A DNA stretch of 64,000 bases from Desulfatiglandales bacterium. Its GTDB lineage: Bacteria > Desulfobacterota > DSM-4660 > Desulfatiglandales > Desulfatiglandaceae. The position numbers were made by a program, and so were the translations under genes. Each line of letters begins with the position of its first letter. The first letter of the stretch is position 1. Below, one piece after another: positions 47,501 through 57,040 of the stretch. The stretch lies in contig OY759599.1 of assembly GCA_963662465.1 (NCBI GenBank), forward strand, positions 2,400,001 through 2,464,000, given 5' to 3'. Below the pieces are notes generated by a model. That model made no database searches. It was not told the DNA's origin and saw only the letters and a list, made by a program, of their open reading frames with translations.

Positions 47501-48205
47501 GGCCTTATCGCACTCGACATGATCAACAATGTCAATTTTGATCTTGTCCTGATGGACATCCAGATGCCCTTCATGGACGGATACGAAACCACACGGGCAA
47601 TACGAAAACTCAAAAAAAAATCCGCCGACGTTCCCATTATCGCCATGACCGCCAATGCCATTGAGGGAGACCGGGAAAGATGCCTTGCCGCGGGCATGAA
47701 TGATTATCTGAGCAAGCCGATCCAGAAAAAAGCCCTTTTAACCGCACTGAAGCATTGGATAAAAAACCCGGAGAGAATCCTGCCAAATCGGAATACGAAA
47801 AACGAACCTTCGGGCGACGGGGATAAGACATCGGAATTGTTCATTTTCAACGCCGATGAAGCCATTGAAAGATACGACGGCGATCTCGAAGTTCTCAAAA
47901 TGATCATCCAAAGCTTTATTGAGGAAACGCCCGGGTCCATTGAAGCAATATCAGCTGCCCTGAATTCCGGAGACGGGGTTGCCGCCGGCGCAAAGTCCCA
48001 TGCCCTGAAGGGAGGCGCCTCCTACATCGGCGCCCAACGGATTCAGGCCATGGCCATGGACATGGAAACCGCCGGAAAAACCGGCGACTTGGCCGCCGCA
48101 GGCCAACTCTTGCTGAAACTGAAAACCGAATTTGAACGCTTCAGAAATAAAATAGCATCATTTCAATGGGAAAATGGAGGAAACCATGAAAGTTCTCGTG
48201 GTTGA
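44546..48205 (+). CDS. Membrane hybrid histidine kinase: 2 TM with periplasmic domain, 2 PAS, HisKA, HATPase, 2 REC, Hpt
   Basis: [50 protein letters not shown] and SHALKG. Start ATG 44546 overlaps the upstream stop. Confidence 0.95.
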   Translation: MFSDHGSITTLLKEPIRRKLIVMIIVFFSALAVLIGADDFMQRSNRNYGLAHENQSARRRLGRVILNRLMRIELDMKDITSAKDERAVEISERNIFKSIQDIRAVLDVLQTGGVFENLLPANFNDVDLIRERISFSIPPESGYVVEVIDLTPKIIDIEQISSQLSLAVGKKLSEPGRYDRTAMNQQIMLLEKQAETFLFRSRESVNKIYYETHKEIERLEQKKEATYQWFILIRYGIAGIIACLCIIMGMRTISQIGAILREREEAASDLQRTHESMALILDALPVGVVTVGGDHRVLSINKAGVNLLESVSPDEVLGKNCSDLFCKAQNTACPLTNKGAISHEMEIELQTITGKKLPVIKNAISLRLKDEPIILEAFMDISPRIQAEKELFEKQQFIDNVINSAPVGIVVIDAETHTIIDMNQTALKMIGHSRERAVGAICHRFLCPNEIGHCPITDKNETVDHSERILLDAGGNTLNILKSVVGTTVQGRACLVESFVDITDRKKTERELLLAKENTEAANLALARANKELEKSILTTREMARQAEKANSAKSEFLANMSHEIRTPLNGVVGMLNLLEESNLPVEPREYVEMASTSAESLLHVINDILDISKIEAGRLDIEARPFDLQEEVSRLMAVFAKKTENRDLELITRFDAKAPRFVVGDCTRIRQVLFNLVGNALKFTQEGYVWLDVHCQQSDGTSVTLEISVTDTGIGIPKDKIDMIFDHFSQADASTTRKFGGTGLGLAICRQLVKLMGGELKATSIPGEKTRFYFTLDLPIDKEIHPEVAHARELNMGRLLLVDDNDINLRIFSEYLSNWNVRHDICSDPLTVLDLLGKAKRTHDPYTLVLTDYLMPKLDGMALCRAIKSDLNLKQTPVIVATSQDGPGEKERIMSAGFSAHLVKPVSPSDLFNTLQDIQDKPSQWVPPHNGTTVQKKRKTDHLQEIEGASRMQVLLVEDHPINQKAIIPILGKLGFGNVAIADNGLIALDMINNVNFDLVLMDIQMPFMDGYETTRAIRKLKKKSADVPIIAMTANAIEGDRERCLAAGMNDYLSKPIQKKALLTALKHWIKNPERILPNRNTKNEPSGDGDKTSELFIFNADEAIERYDGDLEVLKMIIQSFIEETPGSIEAISAALNSGDGVAAGAKSHALKGGASYIGAQRIQAMAMDMETAGKTGDLAAAGQLLLKLKTEFERFRNKIASFQWENGGNHESSRG

Positions 48206-49196
48206 CGATGAACATGTAAGCCTGACCACCTTGAAGATATTTGTAACCAAACTGGGATATAACGTTTTGTCGGCATCGGATGGAAAAGAAGCCTACAAGC
48301 TATGGCGGGAAGAAAGTCCGGAGATTGTCATCACCGATTGGGAAATGCCTGAAATGAGCGGCATCGAACTTTGTTCTAAAATTCGGAACGAGATAGGAGA
48401 AACCTATACCTACATCATCGTCGTAACCGGTCGGGACAATACAAAGGATGTGGTCAAAGGGATGGAAGCCGGTGCAGACGATTACATCACAAAACCTTTC
48501 AATAAGGATGAGCTCAATGTTCGCATCAGAGCCGGAGAACGGATACTGCGCCTCCAAACCAAGGATATCGTCATCTGCTCCCTGGCAAAGCTGGCGGAAT
48601 CCCGGGATGAGGATACAGGCCAGCACCTGGACCGGGTTCGCTATTATTCAAAGGCACTGGCGGACGCCCTGTACCACGGTGTCAACCGACCGGCAGAGCT
48701 TAATCCGCAACTGATCGACAGCATCTTCATGACCGCCCCGCTCCACGACATCGGCAAAGTGGGCATCCCTGACTACATCCTTCTAAAACCGGGGCTATTA
48801 AACGATAAAGAGTTTAATATAATGAAATCACATACACTGATCGGCGCCAACACCCTTATGGATACCTATAAAAAAGCGCCACAGGCAAAATACCTGAAGG
48901 TTGCCGCTGAAATTGCGCGGCATCACCATGAAAAATACGACGGCAGCGGTTATCCAGACGGGCTCAAGGGAGATAACATTGATTTGTCCTGCCGAATTTT
49001 CGCACTGGTCGATGTCTATGATGCCCTCGTGAGCAAGAGACCTTATAAAGAACCTTTTGCCCATGATCGAGCCAAATCAATCATTATCGATGGAAAGGGG
49101 ACCCATTTTGATCCAATGGTTGTTGAAGCCTTTCTCTCATGCGAAGACCGGTTTCAAGAAATTCACGAACGATATGGGGACCACGAGATAGAATAG
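48186..49196 (+). CDS. REC-HD-GYP response regulator (RpfG-like phosphodiesterase)
   Basis: [30 protein letters not shown] and RPYK; RBS GGAGG; overlaps the kinase end. Confidence 0.95.
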   Translation: MKVLVVDDEHVSLTTLKIFVTKLGYNVLSASDGKEAYKLWREESPEIVITDWEMPEMSGIELCSKIRNEIGETYTYIIVVTGRDNTKDVVKGMEAGADDYITKPFNKDELNVRIRAGERILRLQTKDIVICSLAKLAESRDEDTGQHLDRVRYYSKALADALYHGVNRPAELNPQLIDSIFMTAPLHDIGKVGIPDYILLKPGLLNDKEFNIMKSHTLIGANTLMDTYKKAPQAKYLKVAAEIARHHHEKYDGSGYPDGLKGDNIDLSCRIFALVDVYDALVSKRPYKEPFAHDRAKSIIIDGKGTHFDPMVVEAFLSCEDRFQEIHERYGDHEIE

Positions 49197-49235
49197 CCCG
49201 AATGCCGAGACGACAAACCGCGGTTTTTCCGTCAA

Positions 49236-50297
49236 TCAGCTCCCATTACACCCGCGGGGGCTATCCGCAAACACCTGCCCCCCGCCCGACCTGTCCGCAA
49301 TCTGCTTACGCCCGGCCGCCTTGGCCCGATAGAGCGACGCATCAGCCCGCTCCAGCCATTGCTCCAACGTTAACGCCTTTTCCCACCGGGCAAGACCGAT
49401 ACTGATGCCCAGCCTTTCTCCATGAGCCGATTTCACATCCAGGTCACTGACGGCCTTCCGCAGTCTCACAGCGAGTTTTCGTGCGTCCTGTAAGGTTGTA
49501 TCGGGCAAAACCAGCATAAATTCGTCTCCGCCCATGCGAACCAGAAGGTCGCACCCCCTGATCAACAACCCGAGTGTCCCGGCCACACGCCGCAATACGG
49601 CATCCCCTTCCGCATGGCCCAGGGTATCGTTAATCTGTTTGAAACCATCCAGATCCATACTAGCCAGGCTCAAGGGATACCCATGCCGAAGCGCACTATC
49701 CATCAGAGGGTGGATACGATCTTCAAACACCCTGCGATTGGACAAACCGGTCAAGGCATCCTTCCTTGCCTGGTCAAATAAATCCTCGTAGTCCAGGGCA
49801 CGTCGCAAAGGCTCGTGAAGCACCGACAGCGCCTCATCCATCAACTGTGCTTCACCGGGATCAATCTTTTCCTTTTGGTGCAAGAGAAGCAGGTTGCCAC
49901 TGCCGCCCGGCCCAGCCAATGGCCACAGGCTGATCTGATAATCACGATCCTCCCGAAATTTTTCGTGGTTTTCATGCGACAGGGAAGAAAAAACACTTTT
50001 GGCCAGCGCCGTCACGGCATTTCGTTTCGGGCCGTGGCAGGAACAAAACAAGTGGCTTCGCCCCCGGGCGGGGTTGTCGTAGGCCAGCAGGTTGTGCTCA
50101 AACAGGGGCATAAGCCAAACGGAAAATGCTTCAATCATGCTTGGCACATCAATGGCGCTTGCCAGACGCCCGTGCAATTGGTTGATCAGCGCCAGACGTT
50201 CCGAACGACGAATGTAATGATCCAATTTCACCACCAGAGTGTCCAAGTCGCGGTTTTGCGGTTTATCATGGCTGCGGGCAAGCGCTAAGTTCACCAA
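49236..50297 (-). CDS. Diguanylate cyclase (GGDEF) with an N-terminal GAF-like region
   Basis: DALTGL.NRR, DLDGFKQIND, GHAEGD, RxxD I-site RGCD and GGDEF. Confidence 0.93.
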   Translation of the reverse strand: MVNLALARSHDKPQNRDLDTLVVKLDHYIRRSERLALINQLHGRLASAIDVPSMIEAFSVWLMPLFEHNLLAYDNPARGRSHLFCSCHGPKRNAVTALAKSVFSSLSHENHEKFREDRDYQISLWPLAGPGGSGNLLLLHQKEKIDPGEAQLMDEALSVLHEPLRRALDYEDLFDQARKDALTGLSNRRVFEDRIHPLMDSALRHGYPLSLASMDLDGFKQINDTLGHAEGDAVLRRVAGTLGLLIRGCDLLVRMGGDEFMLVLPDTTLQDARKLAVRLRKAVSDLDVKSAHGERLGISIGLARWEKALTLEQWLERADASLYRAKAAGRKQIADRSGGGQVFADSPRGCNGS

Positions 50298-50337
50298 TTA
50301 AGGCTCCTTTCTTGTAACATGAATTCAATCTCCAATA

Positions 50338-50353
50338 AGCAAATATCATACCA
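50338..50353 (-). promoter_or_regulatory. Sigma54 promoter for the diguanylate cyclase
   Basis: Minus strand TGGTATGATATTTGCT with GG-N10-GC. Confidence 0.7.
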
Positions 50354-50714
50354 CATTTTCATAAGGCCATGAAAAAATCATTCAACCACCCGAAAGCAAT
50401 ATAATTTCAAAATTTCTATCAAACGGGGAACGCTCCGCCAAAAAGCCTTGACCGGCAAGGATTACCCATCCCGGGCAACAATTGCCTGACCCGTACATCA
50501 AAAATCGGTCATGGGAAAATTTTCCATCCCAAAACTTATTTTGCGGTAAAACTGCTGAAATCATAAACGACACCGACCTTCCTTGCTGATGTTGACCCTT
50601 TTCCCATACCTGGCGGCTAACCGTCCACTAACAAAATTTCTCTTGCCTTGCAGCATTTCCTGTGCCAAAATTGCATGCATTGGGGAGGCTCTAATACGAA
50701 AAGGCAAAAGAGAT

Positions 50715-52208
50715 ATGGACACTTGTTTTGAAGCAAAAGACGTTAAGGCGCACCTGTTGACGGGAAAGCCGCTGGTTTTCGAACAGGCTTCCCTTTCGGG
50801 AAAATCATTCGATGCGCTGATTTCAATTTTCAAGACGATCCTTCAAAACCTTGGACGAGCAGATCTCTCGGAACCGCTGACATACGTTATCAACGAAATG
50901 GTTACAAACGCCGACAAGGCAAATATCAAAAGGCTCTATTTCAAAGAAAAAGGTCTGAGCATTCATCATCCCGAGGAATATCAAAAAGGGATGAAACTCT
51001 TTTCACAGCTGGACGACACATCTCGCAAAAGTTTGAGAGATAAATTGGCCGACGACGGTTTTTATGCTCGGATTTCGCTTCAGGTGGAAGACCGTACGCT
51101 TGTCATCACCACAGTGAACAACAGCATGCCGAACGATGAAGAACTGGCGCGTATTAATTCACGTATTGCCCTTACGGAAACGTTGAAGGATATTGCGGAT
51201 GCCTATATGTCCATACTGGATGATTCCGAGGGCGCCGGATTTGGCATCGTCACCACCATTCTGATGCTTCGAAGTTTGGGCATTCATGAAAATCCCTATG
51301 GTTTTGTATCGCTTCCCGAGTCAGGCGAATCCTCAGCGGAAGTCAGAATACCCCTGAATGCGCTTTCCGACAGCCACGTTGAAACAATTTCCGAGGAGAT
51401 TGCCAAAGAAATCAAATCGATTCCCAAGCTTCCGGAAAATGTCATTGAAATTCAACGAATGCTGTCGAATCCCAAAAGAACGTTGTCGGATGTGGCCAAT
51501 CTTATCGCCAGAGATCCGGCGCTTACCGCTGAATTATTGAAACTGGTGAATTCCGCGCAGTATATGCTGCCCCTTAAAACAACGCGTATTCAAAAGGCAG
51601 TGGCACTCGTAGGCACTGCCGGGCTTAGAAATCTGATGTATATATACGGCGCTCAAAGGGTTTTTAATAAACGGTATAAAGGTCTTAATAAACTATGGGA
51701 TCATGCCTATCGTTGTGCGTTCTATTCCGCCGAACTGGCCCGGCGGTTCAAATACGCTGAAAGCGCCGATGACGTTTATGTGGAGGGCATACTTCACGAT
51801 ATCGGCAGAATTGTCTTGATGAGCCTGCACGGCGATTTGCTTGACAAAATCTCCCTTCACTGCCGCAACAACGGCATTCCCGGCGATTTCATGGAAACAC
51901 TGACCCTGGGCATCGGGCACGCAAAGACAGGCGCCATAATCGCCCGCAACTGGAATCTCCCGGAAGCCCTGATTTGCACCATTGAACATCATCATCAACC
52001 TTTTTTGGCCCCTGAAACATATCAGCATCATGCGTATGTGGTTCATTTGGCCGATTTGATAGCAACGGGTTATGATCACGGCGGCGCCGAATTCAAAGCA
52101 GTGGGACAGGATGTCGCGACATTCTTTAATATAAAGAACGAAGGGGAATTCGAAGCCCTCTCTCAAACCCTTGCGTCGAAACTGGCGGAAACGGAAATAA
52201 CGAGGTAA
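50715..52208 (+). CDS. HDOD protein with an N-terminal GHKL/HATPase-like domain
   Basis: INEMVTNADKAN (N-box-like) and EGAGFG (G2-like); then IPKLP, DPALTAELLKLVNS, LHDIG and WNLP. Start moved to ATG 50715. Confidence 0.85.
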   Translation: MDTCFEAKDVKAHLLTGKPLVFEQASLSGKSFDALISIFKTILQNLGRADLSEPLTYVINEMVTNADKANIKRLYFKEKGLSIHHPEEYQKGMKLFSQLDDTSRKSLRDKLADDGFYARISLQVEDRTLVITTVNNSMPNDEELARINSRIALTETLKDIADAYMSILDDSEGAGFGIVTTILMLRSLGIHENPYGFVSLPESGESSAEVRIPLNALSDSHVETISEEIAKEIKSIPKLPENVIEIQRMLSNPKRTLSDVANLIARDPALTAELLKLVNSAQYMLPLKTTRIQKAVALVGTAGLRNLMYIYGAQRVFNKRYKGLNKLWDHAYRCAFYSAELARRFKYAESADDVYVEGILHDIGRIVLMSLHGDLLDKISLHCRNNGIPGDFMETLTLGIGHAKTGAIIARNWNLPEALICTIEHHHQPFLAPETYQHHAYVVHLADLIATGYDHGGAEFKAVGQDVATFFNIKNEGEFEALSQTLASKLAETEITR

Positions 52209-52226
52209 AACGGTTAAAAATACTTT

Positions 52227-53051
52227 ATGGATATCGCAACAATCATAGGCTTGCTGGGTGGAACAGCGCTGGTTATATCTGCTATTGTTCTGGGCGGCAG
52301 CGCAATCATCTTCATAAATGTTCCCAGTGCATTAATCGTTGTCGGCGGAACCCTTGCCGCCTCCTTTATCAAATTCACCATGAATGATGTGATCAATTCC
52401 GTCAAAGTAGCGATCAAGGCATTTACCGTTCAGATCGATCCTCCGGATGAAAGCATCAAAAAAATGGTCTATTTTGCAAAGATTGCCCGAAAGGAAGGGT
52501 TGATCGCCCTTGAAAAGGCGAAGCAGGACATGAAGAAAAGCCAGAAAAGAAAAGGCGCGCAGGACGAATTCATTGCAAAGGCCCTTGACTACCTCTCCAC
52601 GGGGTATGACGAGGAACTGATTGAAAACATGCTCAACAAGGAAATACGCATGACGGCCAAGCGCCATACCATCGGTCAGAACGTTTTTAAAGGCATGGGC
52701 GACTCAGCCCCCGCATTCGGCATGATTGGGACCCTCATCGGGTTGGTCCAGATGCTGGCCAATATGTCGGATCCTGCAAGTATTGGCCCCTCCATGGCAG
52801 TTGCCCTGTTGACCACACTCTACGGCGCCCTGGTCGCCAACCTGGTCTGCCTCCCCCTCGCGGATAAGCTTGCCTTACGAAGCAAAGAAGAGCAGGAATC
52901 CCGGAATATCATTCTTGACGCTGTTATCGGCATCAGCTCGGGACTGGCGCCGATGGCGCTCGAAGAATCCTTGAAGATTTATCTAAAACCCAAAGATCGC
53001 CGCAAAGCAGGGTCTGCGGCGTCCAAGAAAAGCGGTAAAGCTAAAAAATGA
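52227..53051 (+). CDS. motA: MotA/PomA stator A subunit (canonical)
   Basis: MDIATIIG, IVVGGT, ARKEGLIALE, APAFGMIGTLIGLV and ALLTTLYG. Confidence 0.95.
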   Translation: MDIATIIGLLGGTALVISAIVLGGSAIIFINVPSALIVVGGTLAASFIKFTMNDVINSVKVAIKAFTVQIDPPDESIKKMVYFAKIARKEGLIALEKAKQDMKKSQKRKGAQDEFIAKALDYLSTGYDEELIENMLNKEIRMTAKRHTIGQNVFKGMGDSAPAFGMIGTLIGLVQMLANMSDPASIGPSMAVALLTTLYGALVANLVCLPLADKLALRSKEEQESRNIILDAVIGISSGLAPMALEESLKIYLKPKDRRKAGSAASKKSGKAKK

Positions 53052-53779
53052 CTAACCCTGCTGATGAAACCGAAGTACCGGAAAAAGGCGCCCCCATGTG
53101 GGTGGTCACTTTCGGCGACTTGATGAGTCTCCTCCTCTGTTTTTTTGTTCTGTTGCTCTCATTTTCGAACATGGATGCCCAGAAGTACAAAGAAATGGCC
53201 GGCAGCATGGCAAAAGCCTTTGGCGTTCAGCGAAAGACAAAGGCATTTCAGATCCCCAAAGGTCAGAAAATCATTGCACGGGATTTCGAAAAAGCTCATA
53301 TTGCCAAACGGGAAAAAGAAGAATTCGGCAAGGAAGTGGAAAAGGCGATTGTTGAAGCCAAGCTGGGAGACATCAAAGATCTAATTCAGGTCATAATCAC
53401 TGAAAACGAGGTGGTGATCCGCATGATGGGCGAAACCACCTTTGATTCGGGAAAAGCGGAAATCCGCCCCCAAATGGCGCCGCTTCTGAAAATGATTGCC
53501 GCCGCACTGCAAACCACCAAGGGTCCAATCATCATATCCGGGCACACGGATAATGTGCCCGTTGGCGGTGGCCGGTTCAACTCAAACCTGGAGCTGTCCG
53601 CAGCCCGTGCGACCAGAGTTGCGCAAGAACTGCTGGAACAGGGAAATATAGACCCTCGAAGACTCTCAGTGGCCGGTTTCGGAGAACACCACCCCGTGGA
53701 ATCAAACGATTCTCAAGCCGGAAGAGAAAAAAACCGGCGGGTGGAAATCATACTGAAAGGGCTGGATCTTTCAAAATAA
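53048..53779 (+). CDS. motB: MotB/PomB stator B subunit (canonical, PomB/MotS-like TM)
   Basis: WVVTFGDLMSLLLCFFVLL, GHTDNVP, NLELSAARA and NRRVEI; ATGA overlap with motA. Confidence 0.95.
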   Translation: MTNPADETEVPEKGAPMWVVTFGDLMSLLLCFFVLLLSFSNMDAQKYKEMAGSMAKAFGVQRKTKAFQIPKGQKIIARDFEKAHIAKREKEEFGKEVEKAIVEAKLGDIKDLIQVIITENEVVIRMMGETTFDSGKAEIRPQMAPLLKMIAAALQTTKGPIIISGHTDNVPVGGGRFNSNLELSAARATRVAQELLEQGNIDPRRLSVAGFGEHHPVESNDSQAGREKNRRVEIILKGLDLSK

Positions 53780-53804
53780 CCCTCTCTCTGACAACCTCAA
53801 ACCC

Positions 53805-54863
53805 ATGCTTTTGAAAATGTTCAGATTCTCTCTCAATGGCCACCCTGCCCCGTTTCACAAAAATACGGTCTTGGCATTGATTTTAGCGGTCATCCTTTTA
53901 TGTGGTTCAGGAGATTTTTCCGAGACATTCGGCATCGACGTTTACCACTTCCTGGTAGAATACGAAAATGGAAGAATTGTTGAAAAGATTATTTCGGAAT
54001 CGCCCGTAGCGTACCAAAATTATCATGAAGGTTATGTCGCTAGAACAAGATTGCTCGAAAGAAGACAATATTCCGTGGATGGATTCATTCAAACCTTTGG
54101 TTATGAGGGTTATGAGCGTTTCATGGCCGGATATTTCGGATTCGGCCTCGAAGAACAAATCATCTTTAATAGGCAGACCCAAGGATTGGAAACCAATGCC
54201 ATGGCGTTGCCCCCTGCCGACGAAACGTCTGCCAAGCTTTTGGAAATATGGAAAGAATTAGAAAAAGAAAAGGAAGGCGTTTTTGATGCCGATCACGGTA
54301 AGACTTCTAAACCAAAAGCGGGAATCTCCGAGCAAAAGTCATCTCAGCCGCCCTTAAAAAAAACCACGCCCCAAATTGAGACTGAAAAAGTACCTGAAAT
54401 AGATGAAAAAAAAGTCATAACGTCTTCCCCTGGAAATGCGGAAAACGCGCCGCTCCAGGACAACGCTGAAAAAGCCATCAAAACAGATACCATTGATATA
54501 TACGTTTTCCTGGTACAGTACATAAACGGTGAAACCCTGGAAAAAACTTCCGGAATGACGCCTCGGCAATATGCAAACCATTATCGCGGATATGTCAGAA
54601 AAACCGCACTGCTTCAAAAAAAGACCTATACCGAAAACGAATTCAAGAAAGCCTTCGGCAAAAAGGGCCACAGCCTGTTGATCCAGGGTAATTTCGGCGT
54701 TAGCGATATTGAAATGGTCATGCAAAGCAGGATGGAACGAGGCATGCCGCCACACAAAAACATATTACCGGGAACGGGACCCGATGCCAAAAAGCTTGGG
54801 AAAAAGCTGGAACAACTTTTAGCACAAGATGAAGCGGAAAAAGCATCCCAAGCCTCCCCCTAA
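53805..54863 (+). CDS. Hypothetical exported protein with two copies of a ~110-aa domain
   Basis: N-terminal hydrophobic segment; repeats starting IDVYHFLVEYENG and IDIYVFLVQYING, joined by a K/E/P/S-rich linker. Confidence 0.75.
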   Translation: MLLKMFRFSLNGHPAPFHKNTVLALILAVILLCGSGDFSETFGIDVYHFLVEYENGRIVEKIISESPVAYQNYHEGYVARTRLLERRQYSVDGFIQTFGYEGYERFMAGYFGFGLEEQIIFNRQTQGLETNAMALPPADETSAKLLEIWKELEKEKEGVFDADHGKTSKPKAGISEQKSSQPPLKKTTPQIETEKVPEIDEKKVITSSPGNAENAPLQDNAEKAIKTDTIDIYVFLVQYINGETLEKTSGMTPRQYANHYRGYVRKTALLQKKTYTENEFKKAFGKKGHSLLIQGNFGVSDIEMVMQSRMERGMPPHKNILPGTGPDAKKLGKKLEQLLAQDEAEKASQASP

Positions 54864-54877
54864 GGGGCCCTGATGTT

Positions 54878-56818
54878 CTAAGTGCCTGGATGGTCGAGGG
54901 TTTTCCGAATGGTTTGGGCCATCTCGACAGCCTTTACGGGTTTCATCATGAAAGCGCTGATACCGATTGCCATCGCTTCGCTTTCATCCACCAGATCGTT
55001 ATGCCCCGTAAACAGGATAATGGGCATATCCGGTCGAACCTTCAAAAGTGTTTCCGCCAGGATAAGCCCCGTCATTTTGGGCATACTCATATCCGTAATG
55101 ACCAGATCAAATTCGTCGGGATGAAGGCGAAACGCCGCCAAAGCCTCAATGGCGCCGGTTCTGCATTCAACTTCATAGCCAAGTCGTTTCAGTACCGATT
55201 TTCCCGCTTCCAGCACCATTTCATCATCGTCAACCAACAAAATTTTTTCTTCACCCCCCGGGAGGGAAACAAAGGGTTTCGATCCGGTCTTCTCAGTCCT
55301 CCGGGCCATGGGGAACCATAAGCTGAAGGTAGTTCCTTTTCCCGGCTCGCTATGGACTTCCACTGCGCCGCCGTGATTTTTGACGGCGCCGTGAACCACC
55401 GCCAAACCCATTCCCGTTCCGTCGCCGGTATCTCGAGTCGTGAAAAACGGGTCAAAAATTCGTCTTATGAATTCAGGTTGTATCCCCTTCCCCGTATCGC
55501 CGACACTCAATTTAACATATTCTCCAGGAACTAAATCCTGAGGACCGGTTGTTTCGTATTCATCCAGAACAACATTGGTGATACTCACTTCCAAAATACC
55601 GCCTGTTTCTCTCATGGCATGAGCGGAATTGGTATAGAGATTCATCAGCACTTGATGCATCAGGGACGGCTCAAAAATGATATTTCCCGATCGCCGGGGA
55701 ATATTCTGACGAATTTCAATGGTCGTGGGAATCGAGACTCGCAGTAGTTTCAACGATTCTTTAACGATGGGAACGATCTCCAGCGGTTTGGGCTCATACT
55801 CATTCTGACGACTGAAATTGAGGATCTGCGTCACGAGATCCGTTGCCCTTGAACAAGCCTTTTCTACCCGTTGCAGGTTTTTCATGGCCGGATTTTCCGG
55901 TGAAAGGTAACTGGCAGTCAGTTCCGTATTCGCCGTAATAATCCAAAGGATATTATTGAACTCATGGGCAATGCCGCCCGCAAGGGTCCCCAGGGCCTCC
56001 ATCTTCTGCATATTCACCAAATTTTCAGCATCCTGCTTTTCTTTTGTAAAATCATGCATCAGACTGAAAATTTGCGTGATCCAACCCTCCTCATCAACAA
56101 TGGCGTCAATCCTTTGCCAAAGTGGAAAACCACGCCCTTTGACATCAACGCTATCCAGCACACCTTCCCAGCCTTTGCCGCTTTTCAGGACCGGCAAGAT
56201 CTTTTGCGCCAGGATTTCATGCGATTTTTTGGTTAAAAAATTCCCGTAGGGAAACTCCAGGACTTCCGCCGGGGACCACCCAAAAAGCCTCTCATAAGCA
56301 GGATTGACATAGATAACCCGACCATTGGGTTCCCAAATGACAATCGCTTCATTTGAAAAATCAGCCACCGCCTTAAAAAGCTGGAGATCCTTTTTTTTCT
56401 GAGCAACCTTCCGCCTGAGCGCCGCTTTCTCCAAACATGAAGACACGCTGAAATATAGGTTCTCCAGCTCCACGGGCTTAAACAGGTAATCATCCGCATT
56501 GAGCCTCAGCGCCTTGACCGTAAGGGCGATATCATTATGCCCCGTAAGCATAATGACCGGGGTGTCGGGGTTTGCCTTTTTTGAGACTTCCAGAACTTTT
56601 AATCCATCAACGGGCGCCATGATCAAATCCGTGAGTACCAAATCAAAGCGCGTTTTGACCAGGGCATCAATAGCATCGTTACCACTACCAGCCGTTTCCA
56701 CACGATACCCCAATTTTTCCAGAGCGCGGCTGATCAATCGGAGGATTGCATCATCATCATCCACCAACAATATTTCATAAGTTTTCACGACATTTTTTCT
56801 CCAATCAAGAAACACCAA
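54878..56818 (-). CDS. Cytoplasmic hybrid histidine kinase: REC-PAS-HisKA-HATPase-REC
   Basis: ILLVDDD twice, YVNPAYE, LAGGIAHEFNNIL, IFDPFFTT and GTGMGL. The true start may be about 10 codons downstream. Confidence 0.93.
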   Translation of the reverse strand: MVFLDWRKNVVKTYEILLVDDDDAILRLISRALEKLGYRVETAGSGNDAIDALVKTRFDLVLTDLIMAPVDGLKVLEVSKKANPDTPVIMLTGHNDIALTVKALRLNADDYLFKPVELENLYFSVSSCLEKAALRRKVAQKKKDLQLFKAVADFSNEAIVIWEPNGRVIYVNPAYERLFGWSPAEVLEFPYGNFLTKKSHEILAQKILPVLKSGKGWEGVLDSVDVKGRGFPLWQRIDAIVDEEGWITQIFSLMHDFTKEKQDAENLVNMQKMEALGTLAGGIAHEFNNILWIITANTELTASYLSPENPAMKNLQRVEKACSRATDLVTQILNFSRQNEYEPKPLEIVPIVKESLKLLRVSIPTTIEIRQNIPRRSGNIIFEPSLMHQVLMNLYTNSAHAMRETGGILEVSITNVVLDEYETTGPQDLVPGEYVKLSVGDTGKGIQPEFIRRIFDPFFTTRDTGDGTGMGLAVVHGAVKNHGGAVEVHSEPGKGTTFSLWFPMARRTEKTGSKPFVSLPGGEEKILLVDDDEMVLEAGKSVLKRLGYEVECRTGAIEALAAFRLHPDEFDLVITDMSMPKMTGLILAETLLKVRPDMPIILFTGHNDLVDESEAMAIGISAFMMKPVKAVEMAQTIRKTLDHPGT

Positions 56819-57040
56819 CTCAGTTCATTCATTCGGAATATCAAAGGGATGAAAGACCCTTGCATAAACGTAATACGTTCACGATCTTCCTTTTTTTTGC
56901 CACTTTCTATGGTATTAGACTATTTTTAGAAAAATGTCAAAAGCATAGAAGTGTTCCTTAAAAGCCTGTATTCATTTTATTGCTTGACACTCAAAGCCCA
57001 TTTTGCCTAAAGTTTTTTTAAAATATCAACGAGAGGCGTT

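Noticed and set aside
49236..50297. Hypr GGDEF (3',3'-cGAMP synthase)
   Set aside because: The specificity position in GHAEGD is Asp, as in canonical diguanylate cyclases, not Ser.
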